DNA from: a virus | Reading direction: 5' to 3' (one strand) | DNA: 64,000 bases | IMG/VR virus record: IMGVR_UViG_3300005573_000857 | Coordinates: 27,894 to 91,893 of that record | Shown here: positions 56,442 through 64,000 of the stretch, one piece after another | Layout of the letters: every line of letters begins with the position of its first letter | Position numbering within the stretch: position 1 is the stretch's first letter | Program-made: the position numbers and the translations under genes | The notes under the pieces: generated by a model | What the model was told of the DNA's origin: nothing | Database searches by the model: none | The model's input: only the letters and a program-made list of their open reading frames with translations

Positions 56442-56681
56442 TTACTTGCCTCTAGCTAGTCTTTTTTTCAAGTTTGTTAATTAGTCTGTCGTACTTTTTT
56501 TTGCCACATTTTAATGTAGGGTGCATAGCTTTTCTTGCAAGATTCTGGCTTGCGGGCTTTTTTGGCAATAGCGAGCAGCAACATACTTCAAGTTTTCTAC
56601 TACTTTCTTTGCTGCTCTAGCTCGACTATTCTTTCCGCAGCTTGCCCAGAGTTTTTTGCTTTCGTAAACTAGAAAGCTCAT
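56442..56681 (-). pseudogene. Frameshifted, truncated member of the CxxxxxPxxC family
   Basis: Removing one A from each of three poly-A runs restores ...YCQKARKPESCKKSYAPYIKMWQKKYDRL...GK*. Confidence 0.6.
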
Positions 56682-56710
56682 TTTAGAAGAGAGTCTTTAT
56701 TCGGAAGAAG

Positions 56711-57388
56711 TTATGCTTGGCCGCTTGCAATAGCCATCTGTTGTCTGTACTTTCCTTCCCACTTTCCTATTTCTTTCATGATTTTGGCCCTGCAGGCGAT
56801 CGGGTCTGGAGCTTTGGAACACTGATTTAAAGAACTTCTCAGTTGAGAAATTACTTTCTGTATAGCAGCAGCTCTGCATCTAGCTGTTTCTGTTCTTCCT
56901 TTCAGTGCTCTGCATGGGTCGGAGAATCGTCTCCAAAGATATAGTCCTAATACGCCAGCCGCGATACCAAGTTTCTTTGCTGGGGCTTTTTTCAACTTTT
57001 GTATTGTTGCTGCTATTTTCTCAGCTTGCGCCAGTGTTTGTGCACCTTCTTTCTTACCCATCATCTCCGCCGCGGCTTTCCGCAGTGCTTTTTCTTTAGC
57101 GGCTAGTGACGCCAATTTTGACTTTTTTATCTTCGATGCAACAATCATTCCAGCGCCTGCAGCTGCTCCATACTTTGCACCCCTTTTAACGGAACCCTCA
57201 CCTTGTTCCGCTAACGGAATGCCGTTATTAAAGATAGCAGCCATGACTTCGTCGTAGTTCATTTTGTCGACTAAGTCATGCACCCTCTTGTGTTCCTTAA
57301 ACGATAACTTTCGTCTAAGTACCTTACTCTCACTAATTACTTCTTTTAAGAAATCCTTGCATGCAAGTTCTAAGTACTTTTTGTCCAT
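56711..57388 (-). CDS. CxxxxxPxxC paralog family protein
   Basis: ESKVLRRKLSFKEH; QCSKAPDPIACRAKI. Confidence 0.7.
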   Translation of the reverse strand: MDKKYLELACKDFLKEVISESKVLRRKLSFKEHKRVHDLVDKMNYDEVMAAIFNNGIPLAEQGEGSVKRGAKYGAAAGAGMIVASKIKKSKLASLAAKEKALRKAAAEMMGKKEGAQTLAQAEKIAATIQKLKKAPAKKLGIAAGVLGLYLWRRFSDPCRALKGRTETARCRAAAIQKVISQLRSSLNQCSKAPDPIACRAKIMKEIGKWEGKYRQQMAIASGQA

Positions 57389-57412
57389 TTTTTAACTCCT
57401 CACTTTTATTGT

Positions 57413-57898
57413 TTATCGTAAGTACATTCTCTGTATAAGAGCCAATTTGGATACTACACTTTTTTGGGGAACTACTTCCCCAATGTCAAGATCAAGTTTT
57501 CCTCTAAGAATGTAAATCTTTTTACTACCAGTTGTCAAGAAATCGTCAAACGTTAGTAAGATGTTTGATTTAACAACTAAAGCTTGTTTCTTTCCAGATA
57601 CGACAATTTTCGTAGTCTTGTTATTCTTCTTTAATGGAATGCATTGCAATTCTTCCACGACCGAAAATCTTTCTCCAAAGTACTCTTGTTTGCCCTTTAT
57701 GACTTCTTCGAGTAACTCTGCTGGAAATGACACCATTAGCTGGGATACGTAAGAGTTTTCTTCATCACTTAGCTTTCCAATTAGAGCAATATAAAAGTAG
57801 TTAGTAAAAGAGACTGGAATAAAAAATAAGTGCACTTTCTTGGTCTTTTTTCTTAACAGTCCCTTCTTAAAAGTTAGCACGCAGTAAACTAGCTTCAT
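57413..57898 (-). CDS. Hypothetical protein
   Basis: 161-aa ORF. Confidence 0.7.
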   Translation of the reverse strand: MKLVYCVLTFKKGLLRKKTKKVHLFFIPVSFTNYFYIALIGKLSDEENSYVSQLMVSFPAELLEEVIKGKQEYFGERFSVVEELQCIPLKKNNKTTKIVVSGKKQALVVKSNILLTFDDFLTTGSKKIYILRGKLDLDIGEVVPQKSVVSKLALIQRMYLR

Positions 57899-57911
57899 GA
57901 AGTCAGTTGCC

Positions 57912-58337
57912 TCACTGGATCAAGTTAAAGAAAGATTCTTTATCGAATGTCTTAGATATTTTCGTGATCTCTCCTTTGTATCTAACGAAGATGTCTACGA
58001 CAAAGCCCTTTTTATCTGGCAAAAACTTAATGTTGACGTTAGTAATAGACGCTCTATTATCGTAATACATTAGTTTCTCTTTTATCTCTGTTTTTATCGC
58101 ATCCATTGTAATCTCATCTGCGGGATCGAAAACGCGCTTATAAAGTTCACTTCCATAGTTCGGGTCAAAAACGTAAGTTCTAACTGGAGTTCTTAGCAGA
58201 TTCATCCACGAACTAAGAATTGCTTCAATTCCTTCGACTTTCTGGAAATCTCCAGATGGTTCAATCTTCGCAATGTAGTCGACATGTTTATTCTTAGAAC
58301 CAGCTACATTTTTTCTGAATCTTTCTAAAAAGTTCAA
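57912..58337 (-). CDS. Baseplate gp25/GPW-like protein
   Basis: GIEAILSSWMNLLRTP..FDPNYGSEL..VFDP..YDNRA. Confidence 0.85.
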   Translation of the reverse strand: MNFLERFRKNVAGSKNKHVDYIAKIEPSGDFQKVEGIEAILSSWMNLLRTPVRTYVFDPNYGSELYKRVFDPADEITMDAIKTEIKEKLMYYDNRASITNVNIKFLPDKKGFVVDIFVRYKGEITKISKTFDKESFFNLIQ

Positions 58338-58540
58338 CGAGCTTTACCTCTCTTTACTTTTAGAGCACTAGCTTTCTCTTCCATCATTTTAGCTTTTTCT
58401 TCTTCTAACTGCGACTTCCACTTTAGCAAATCCATAAAACGCTTAACAGGCATCTCAGCAATAGAGCTATATGGTTGTTTTAGTGCTTCAATACAGACGA
58501 AGATATTTTCTTGCAAGTTTTTTCTGTAAGCTTCGATCAA
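58334..58540 (-). CDS. Small baseplate/tail assembly protein
   Basis: YSSIAEMPVKRF..LLKW; directly follows the gp26-like gene. Confidence 0.55.
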   Translation of the reverse strand: MIEAYRKNLQENIFVCIEALKQPYSSIAEMPVKRFMDLLKWKSQLEEEKAKMMEEKASALKVKRGKAR

Positions 58541-58544
58541 GTCG

Positions 58545-59336
58545 TCATGAACTGTATACCATGCGAAAAAAGTTCTCCACTAAGTCGATAGTAGTAACTT
58601 CTTCATTACCACAATGAATACAGTACGACTTGAACTTCAGGTCGATACCATATTTTCCAAACTCTTCGTTGTATTTCTCGTATATCGCTCTTTTGTCTAG
58701 AGCAGGCAAACTCCTGTAAGCTTCAATTACTTCGGATCTCTCAGATACAACCATTGGCTCAGTCGATTCTGGTATGTCTTGTTCGAACCTGTCTAAAACC
58801 AGAGTCTCTGCAATTGCCTCAAGAGTAAAGCCAGGAGTTCCTGACAAAGTTCTGATAGCCTCAGCTTCATCTTCAAGAGTTGGTTGCTTTATGTAAGTAG
58901 AAACACCCTTAGATACTGGAAGATCGACTTTCACTCTCTTTGTCAGTACGTCCGTGCCTGGATACGGCAAAACACTAAAAGTTTGAGATGCTTTTACAGT
59001 AATAGGGTACTCTTTTCTACAAGAAGTACATCTTACGTCATAGTTTCTAATGTCTTCGTAAGTCACGTGGTAAAGACCGTAAAGTAATGCATCTCTGTCC
59101 TTTAGCGTAGTGTTTTGCAAGAAAGTCTTAAAGTCTTTAATTTGTGGCGGTCTTTTTACAATAGCTTCGTAAATGCACTTGTTCAAGTGCTCAGCCACTT
59201 TCGTTGGAGTTATCATACTAGCTTTCATTCTCTCTTCTTCCGCCACTGTCAAAGAGCGAACAGTGTAAGATAATCCAGTCTGTGGAGTTATAACTTCGTA
59301 CTCCGGAAACTTCACTTTAAATCCTGTAAACGGCAT
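58545..59336 (-). CDS. Baseplate hub assembly protein (T4 gp26-like)
   Basis: YEVITPQTG..TVRSLTVAEE; CTSC and CIHC pairs; ENFF near the C-terminus. Confidence 0.75.
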   Translation of the reverse strand: MPFTGFKVKFPEYEVITPQTGLSYTVRSLTVAEEERMKASMITPTKVAEHLNKCIYEAIVKRPPQIKDFKTFLQNTTLKDRDALLYGLYHVTYEDIRNYDVRCTSCRKEYPITVKASQTFSVLPYPGTDVLTKRVKVDLPVSKGVSTYIKQPTLEDEAEAIRTLSGTPGFTLEAIAETLVLDRFEQDIPESTEPMVVSERSEVIEAYRSLPALDKRAIYEKYNEEFGKYGIDLKFKSYCIHCGNEEVTTIDLVENFFRMVYSS

Positions 59337-59447
59337 TTTTCTATCTCCTTTCTTCTCTTTATCTAAATTAGTGAGTTATTCGAGAAAATCACCGTAGTAT
59401 AGTTTGCTTTACGTAGCACTAGCTAAGACTTTTTCTCTCTGTTTTTA

Positions 59448-60164
59448 TCACTCTGGATGCAATCCTTCTACATAAGTAGCAGAAGTGATATTGCTGACAT
59501 AATTGTCGCGTATATTATTGTAGACCCAGTCTTCATGCCATGCGTAATCCACATTAAATTCGATTTCTATATCTAGTCTGCCAACAGTTTCTACATCACT
59601 TACGAACAGGTCTTGCGGGTCTTTAGATGGAAACACACCGTCGTAGCACGCAAAGAACTCTATTGTCTTCGCGTCTGGTGCAGTAGTCCAGTAGTACATT
59701 ACACCAGCGTATCTGTTCTTGTTATATCCAGCACCAGTTTCTCCAGCTTCTAGTTCTGGACGTGTTATTCCAGTTCGATAGTCACGGATCAGTTTAACCC
59801 AGCTGTGCATAATGTCAAGAATAGGTGTTTTGCTCATTTCTAGAAACTTTACAGAAACAGTGTTTCCATAGTCAATATTAGCTGGCACAGCCCACTTAAT
59901 TCCGCCTAGTCCAGTGAACTCGACTTTATTTAGTGTTCCACCTGGCGGTGTAACGGTAAGACAAGTTGCAGCTAAAATCCTCTGGATGTTTTCGTTGCTG
60001 TTTAGCTCAGGATTTAGCTTAGAAGTGTAGATATACAGATCTCTCGGTAACTGCGAAAACCAAATAAAGTGGTAACCAGAAACATAAGGCTCGGCAGTTC
60101 CCTTTACACCACCGAATCGTCTTGTTAAAATGTTGTTCTTTATTGATGCAAATGAACTTTTCAT
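59448..60164 (-). CDS. Tail tube-like protein
   Basis: GGAGGG RBS before MKSSF; TVSVKFLE, HSWVKLIRD..TG, DGVFP and IEIEFNVD (gp19-like pattern). Confidence 0.65.
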   Translation of the reverse strand: MKSSFASIKNNILTRRFGGVKGTAEPYVSGYHFIWFSQLPRDLYIYTSKLNPELNSNENIQRILAATCLTVTPPGGTLNKVEFTGLGGIKWAVPANIDYGNTVSVKFLEMSKTPILDIMHSWVKLIRDYRTGITRPELEAGETGAGYNKNRYAGVMYYWTTAPDAKTIEFFACYDGVFPSKDPQDLFVSDVETVGRLDIEIEFNVDYAWHEDWVYNNIRDNYVSNITSATYVEGLHPE

Positions 60165-60562
60165 TTGTTTCCCTCCAAAATATTTGAGCACAAGAAATTG
60201 GTAAAAGTATTTCACACCCTTTTAATTATGTTCTCCGACAGAGCTGTTTCTGAGTACGAACTTCAAGTTTCGACAATCCCAAACTCGGTAGAAACCTTCT
60301 TGTTCTTAGAAGCCACTCTAGAATGCTTTTTATCTTCGTTTGCTTTCTTCTTTAAATTGAGCTTGCGTATTCTCTTGTATCCATCTTTCGTATACTAATA
60401 GCTTGGTTCCAAAACTGTCACCTTTTTTTAAGAAGTTTCGAAAATAGTCTTCAGACGAAACTTCATGGAAGCGTATGTGTTGAGAGAAGGGCATCTTTGC
60501 CACAAATTTTACATTCTCGTTTCTCTCATGACATCTTCTCTATTACCAAAATAGCACTACAA

Positions 60563-60622
60563 AAGAGTTGGCTAGGCTCTCTTGACTGGGAGCACCCCCT
60601 GAGCCAGCCTAGCTCACTCTCT
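60563..60622 (-). terminator. Branched hairpin / terminator after the Fn3 gene
   Basis: GCTAGGCT...AGCCTAGC stem with a T-tract on the - strand. Confidence 0.5.
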
Positions 60623-60630
60623 TTCTGAAC

Positions 60631-61014
60631 TCACTGCACTTTTATAGTAATTCTGAGATTAACAGGCACTCCTGGTGCTTCGAAGTCGATCCATATAGAA
60701 GCTTCGTTGGAGTATCCAGACTCGTTCCCTGACGTATCGATTGCGGTTAAAACAAAGAAGTATTGTTTTCGCTGTCCATCTGGGCTAGTGAACTGAAATT
60801 CGTCGGTATACGTTGTCTGCTGTGAGACGAAGGGAATTGTCTTTAAAAGAGTGTACGGACCACCTTGCGTTGTAGAATAGTAGAGTTTCCATCCTTGCAA
60901 GTCATTTGGGTTTGGAAGAGTCTGCTCCCATTGTGCAGTAAGAATCTTCTGGCCAGCATACGCAATAACTGACGACAGTAAAAGAACTGCGCAGAGAACT
61001 AGCAATTTTTTCAT
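60631..61014 (-). CDS. Fibronectin type III-like protein with signal peptide
   Basis: Signal peptide MKKLLVLCAVLLLSSVIAYA; DLQGWKLYY, YFFVLTAIDTSGNESGYSNE and APGVPVNL. Confidence 0.85.
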   Translation of the reverse strand: MKKLLVLCAVLLLSSVIAYAGQKILTAQWEQTLPNPNDLQGWKLYYSTTQGGPYTLLKTIPFVSQQTTYTDEFQFTSPDGQRKQYFFVLTAIDTSGNESGYSNEASIWIDFEAPGVPVNLRITIKVQ

Positions 61015-61071
61015 TGTAATCTCCTTTGTGGGCGAAAACTTTTTAATAAAAAGTTATTTCTTAAATATAGC

Positions 61072-61623
61072 TCATTTATTGTGTTTTTCTTCTACTTTTG
61101 GCAAGTCAGTTAAGGCTTGACTCCAACTTGAGAACGGAACTGCTCTGTCGTCAATATAAGCTACAGCGTTTAGTTTGTGGCAAGTAATTCTATCGAAAGG
61201 AATTTTCCATTTAGTTAGCCACGAAACTACTTGGTAATACTGTTTTTTGGCTTCTTCCACTGAGTTTCCTCTGTTCTGAGGACAAATTCTTGCAGTAAAT
61301 ATGACTATTTCGTAGCCATTTTTCTTTAAAGTTTCGAGAGCTTCTTTAGCTCCTTCGACTGGTTCGTCATACATTGTTCCATCCGCCCATCCCTTCGAAT
61401 ACTTGTGCACTACTCTGTCTAAATCGATAAGAATCCTCTTTGGTGTTTCTTCTGCTGACTGATCTACAACAATCTTCCTTTTGCTTATTTCGCTACCTTT
61501 CTTATACGGAAAAACACCTCTCTGGAGATTTTTGTCCCCGCTTGGAAAGTAGTCTATAGCAAAACCACCAACTGCTTCCTTTGCTTGGAGTTTCTTGAGG
61601 TACTCTTTTATTACGGGTTTCAT
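61072..61623 (-). CDS. HAD-superfamily phosphatase with N-terminal leader
   Basis: ILIDLDRVVH, VIFTAR, K..AVAYIDDRA; GGAGG RBS before MKPVIKEY. Confidence 0.8.
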   Translation of the reverse strand: MKPVIKEYLKKLQAKEAVGGFAIDYFPSGDKNLQRGVFPYKKGSEISKRKIVVDQSAEETPKRILIDLDRVVHKYSKGWADGTMYDEPVEGAKEALETLKKNGYEIVIFTARICPQNRGNSVEEAKKQYYQVVSWLTKWKIPFDRITCHKLNAVAYIDDRAVPFSSWSQALTDLPKVEEKHNK

Positions 61624-61710
61624 TTTACTTCCTCCAAGATGCTCTAAGGTTTTTAATTTGTTCTCACTCAATATATATTCCTTTCCGTGAGTAAGAAAGG
61701 AGGTGATAAA

Positions 61711-63033
61711 ATGAACGAAGAAAAAGCACTGAAAATTGTTTGGGAGTTACGAAAAAATGGTTACCAAGCGTTTTTTGTCGGCGGCTGGGTTCGTGACATG
61801 CTGCTCGGAAAGAAAACATCGGATGTAGACATCTGCACTAACGCAACACCAGATCGAGTCTACCAAATTTTTCGAGGCACCGCGAAAGTCGAACTCGTTG
61901 GCAAGAGCTTTGGTGTAGCTCTCGTTGGTGGGGTCGAAGTAGCTACATTTAGAAAGGACAAGTATTTTGGCCTTTCTGACAAGAATGTGGAAGTCTCTCC
62001 TGGAACTCTTGAAGAAGATTGCGAACGAAGAGACTTCACCGTTAATAGCATGTACTACGACCCATTTACTAAAGAGATTATCGATTTCGTCGGCGGTCAG
62101 AGAGATCTCCAGACGAGAACAATCCGGTTTATTGGCGAACCACGAAATCGGATTTTTGAGGATCCGAACCGGATTGTCCGAGCTTGCAGATTCCTCGCTC
62201 TTTTAGATGGCCATTTCGAAGAAAGCACATTCGAAGCTCTTAAGAACTACTCTTCATTGGTTGGGAAATACGTAGCACCGGAAAGGCTGAGAGTTGAAGT
62301 ACTCAAAGCCATGAAAGCCCGTAAGCCATCGAAATTCTTTAGGGCTTTACATGATATCGGTGCGCTGAAGTATGTCTTCCCATCTCTAGAAGAGTGTTTT
62401 GGTCTAGAAGGTGGAAGATTTCATGTAGAGACCGTGTTTGACCATAGCCTTCGATGCGGAGACAACATCTCTTGTAAGTTTCCACTTGTTCGTCTCGCTG
62501 GTTTCTTGCATGACGTAGGAAAGCCAAAAGAAATCAAGTTAGACGAAAACGGAGAAGTTTGCTTTAGATGTCACGAAGTGACCGGATCTGAAATAGTAGC
62601 TAGCGAGCTGAGACGTCTAAAGTTTCCAAATCATGAGATAAGATTCGTCTCTGGGTTGGTCAGCTTACATATGAGAGCAACCCAGAAGATGGGTGACAAA
62701 GGAGTGCGGCGATTACTGAGAGAGTGTTCCGAAAGAGGTCTGTCGTGGAAAGACCTTGTGAGAATCTGGTTCGCAGACCACAAGAGAGGTAGTCATCCCT
62801 TCGGGTTCAAGAAGGCGTTAGTTTCTCTCTTCTGGAGAGAACTTAAGCAAAGGCCCAAAGGAGTCTCGTTGGAGGTGGATGGTCACGATGTGTTGCGACT
62901 TCTCTCAGTAAAACCTGGACCGCTAGTTGGAAGGGTTCTTCGAACACTCTTGAATGAAGTACTAGAAGATCCTTCCAAGAACAATAGAGACTATCTATTG
63001 ACTCGCATCGTGCAGGGAAGCTGGGAAGCATAA
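61711..63033 (+). CDS. cca: tRNA nucleotidyltransferase (CCA-adding enzyme-like) with HD domain
   Basis: VGGWVRD, DVDICT, EVATFR, RRDFTVN, EDPNRIVRA, ERLRVE and H..LHDVGK. Confidence 0.9.
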   Translation: MNEEKALKIVWELRKNGYQAFFVGGWVRDMLLGKKTSDVDICTNATPDRVYQIFRGTAKVELVGKSFGVALVGGVEVATFRKDKYFGLSDKNVEVSPGTLEEDCERRDFTVNSMYYDPFTKEIIDFVGGQRDLQTRTIRFIGEPRNRIFEDPNRIVRACRFLALLDGHFEESTFEALKNYSSLVGKYVAPERLRVEVLKAMKARKPSKFFRALHDIGALKYVFPSLEECFGLEGGRFHVETVFDHSLRCGDNISCKFPLVRLAGFLHDVGKPKEIKLDENGEVCFRCHEVTGSEIVASELRRLKFPNHEIRFVSGLVSLHMRATQKMGDKGVRRLLRECSERGLSWKDLVRIWFADHKRGSHPFGFKKALVSLFWRELKQRPKGVSLEVDGHDVLRLLSVKPGPLVGRVLRTLLNEVLEDPSKNNRDYLLTRIVQGSWEA

Positions 63034-63053
63034 CTGTTTTTCCTAGCTTCCCT
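63014..63053 (+). terminator. Hairpin at the end of cca
   Basis: AGGGAAGCTGGGAA..TTCCTAGCTTCCCT. Confidence 0.5.
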
Positions 63054-63175
63054 AGTATTGAACAAACAATAGAGAAAACTAAGAAGAGAGCGAGTCAAGT
63101 AAATATAGAAAAGTAGCTCTGCTATATATATTTCTTTCCAGAATAAAAGAATGGTATATTTACTCGGGAGGACAC

Positions 63176-63481
63176 ATGTTGCCTGTAGCAGTTTTTATAA
63201 TTTGTCTTCTGGACACACTATTTACTTGCATAGGCATCCAGCAGGGATTCATTACGGAAAAGAATCCGCTCGTTATTAAGATAATAAACTATGGAGGGAT
63301 GCCATTATTTATATCTGTAAGAGTGTTGTCCGTGGCTGTAGCGATCTTTCTTCTAGAAAAAGCAAAGAGCAGGGGAGTAATTACAATAAGAACAGCTAAA
63401 GCCATCTATTCTTTCGTTTTGGCTTTATACATACTAGTATTTATAGTATTCACTTTGTGTGTTAATGTATTTGCTTTCTAA
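63176..63481 (+). CDS. DUF5658-like membrane protein
   Basis: LLDTLFT..G..E.NPL motif; three TM segments. Confidence 0.7.
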   Translation: MLPVAVFIICLLDTLFTCIGIQQGFITEKNPLVIKIINYGGMPLFISVRVLSVAVAIFLLEKAKSRGVITIRTAKAIYSFVLALYILVFIVFTLCVNVFAF

Positions 63482-63487
63482 GAAGCT

Positions 63488-63625
63488 AGAGTCTGTGGTC
63501 CTCTTCTTTTCTAAGTTCTCGTGGCCAGGAACTTGGAAAGAAGATTACTTGGATTGGCCATCCAAGGACAGGACCGGGGAACTCACCGCAAATGTGAGAA
63601 AGTGGTTCGAATCCACTGGACTCTA
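63488..63625 (+). ncRNA. tRNA-like RNA with expanded D-region
   Basis: 7-bp acceptor AGAGTCT/GGACTCT; T-arm AGTGG-TTCGAAT-CCACT; anticodon-like CTCAC-7nt-GTGAG; ~80-nt branched insert. Confidence 0.7.
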
Positions 63626-63696
63626 GTTTCTTTTCCAACCTAGCTAATGAAAGAAATAAAGTTAAAAATTAAAAAGTTGCCTGGAAACATGAGAAC

Positions 63697-63756
63697 CAGT
63701 CCGTAAGGGCAGTTAGTCTAAAAAGACTGATTGTCCCTTTTTTATTTTACGGACTG
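63697..63756 (+). terminator. Terminator hairpin nested in an outer stem
   Basis: GGGCAGTTAGTCT..AGACTGATTGTCCC plus T-tract; outer CAGTCCGTAA/TTACGGACTG. Confidence 0.65.
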
Positions 63757-63814
63757 TAGAAAACGAAAAGATAGAAACTGAAAAGGAAAGAATAAAAAAC
63801 CCAGAAAGGAGAAA

Positions 63815-64000
63815 ATGATGTCAAGACCAAAATTTAGTACAAATTCTACTGTTGCAAGAAACAGGAAATTAGTATTGGAGGCATTTAAAAACTTACGCAA
63901 GCAGGGGCTGATTGCAAGGGCGAATTTCCTGTGTTGCTCAAATTGTGCCGGCTCTGAAATTGCGTCTTACGTTTCTAATTTGCCAGTAGAGAAAGCCAAA
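63815..64000 (+). CDS. DUF6891-like protein, 3'-truncated
   Basis: AAGGAG RBS; AFKNLRKQGLIARANFLCCSNCA; open to the window end. Confidence 0.6.
   Translation, partial: MMSRPKFSTNSTVARNRKLVLEAFKNLRKQGLIARANFLCCSNCAGSEIASYVSNLPVEKAK

Noticed and set aside
60223-60530. Possible decayed gene (CKICGK and a Lys-rich fragment on the - strand)
   Set aside because: Fragments are short and in different frames; no family can be supported without a search.
73-63031. Numerous antisense and nested ORFs in the six-frame track (e.g. 568-915, 18256-18708, 37232-37825)
   Set aside because: They lie opposite or inside well-supported genes, have no motifs and are best explained as shadow ORFs.
63488-63625. 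Ordinary tRNA-Leu(CAA) or intron-containing tRNA
   Set aside because: No U33, no recognisable D-loop, and the insert is too short for a group I intron with no evident bulge-helix-bulge. Kept as a tRNA-like RNA instead.
1-64000. Cellular (bacterial/archaeal) chromosome origin suggested by rpoB, rpoC, gyrAB and cca
   Set aside because: Terminase, baseplate, tube and tape-measure genes are present, ribosomal protein genes are absent around rpoBC, and the subunits are divergent and compact, all indicating a phage.
1-64000. Stop-codon reassignment as seen in some jumbo phages
   Set aside because: Conserved genes are full length under the standard bacterial code, and TAA, TAG and TGA all end genes at coupled junctions.

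Overview
This window is a 64-kb segment of a large (jumbo-type) tailed dsDNA bacteriophage with a myovirus-like contractile tail. Genes are densely packed and preceded by GGAGG-type Shine-Dalgarno sites, and a peptidoglycan peptidase domain points to a bacterial host. The + strand block (1-34.9 kb) holds transcription and replication genes: two different RNA polymerase beta subunits, one beta' subunit, GyrB/GyrA-like type II topoisomerase subunits, an SF2 helicase, SbcCD, a MoxR-like AAA+/vWA pair, QueD, FolE2, a radical SAM enzyme and a ThiF(E1)-like/E2-like gene pair. The - strand block (35.1-61.6 kb) holds virion genes: terminase, tape-measure-like protein with an M15 peptidase, baseplate wedge, gp25- and gp26-like proteins, a tube-like protein and a family of basic Cys-motif paralogs. 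That block also contains a class III aminotransferase, a UDP-sugar dehydrogenase and a non-autonomous IS200/IS605 tnpB element with readable IS608-type ends. The window ends with a CCA-adding enzyme and a non-coding region. Main novel candidates: (1) a 138-nt tRNA-like RNA with a canonical acceptor/T-arm but an expanded D-region carrying two TGGCCA palindromic loops; (2) a phage-encoded E1-like/E2-like pair directly upstream of the RNAP genes; (3) a ~200-nt multibranch RNA after a small DIP1984-like gene; (4) two promoter-like motifs that may match two RNA polymerases. All family calls come from motif recognition by eye; no database search was run.
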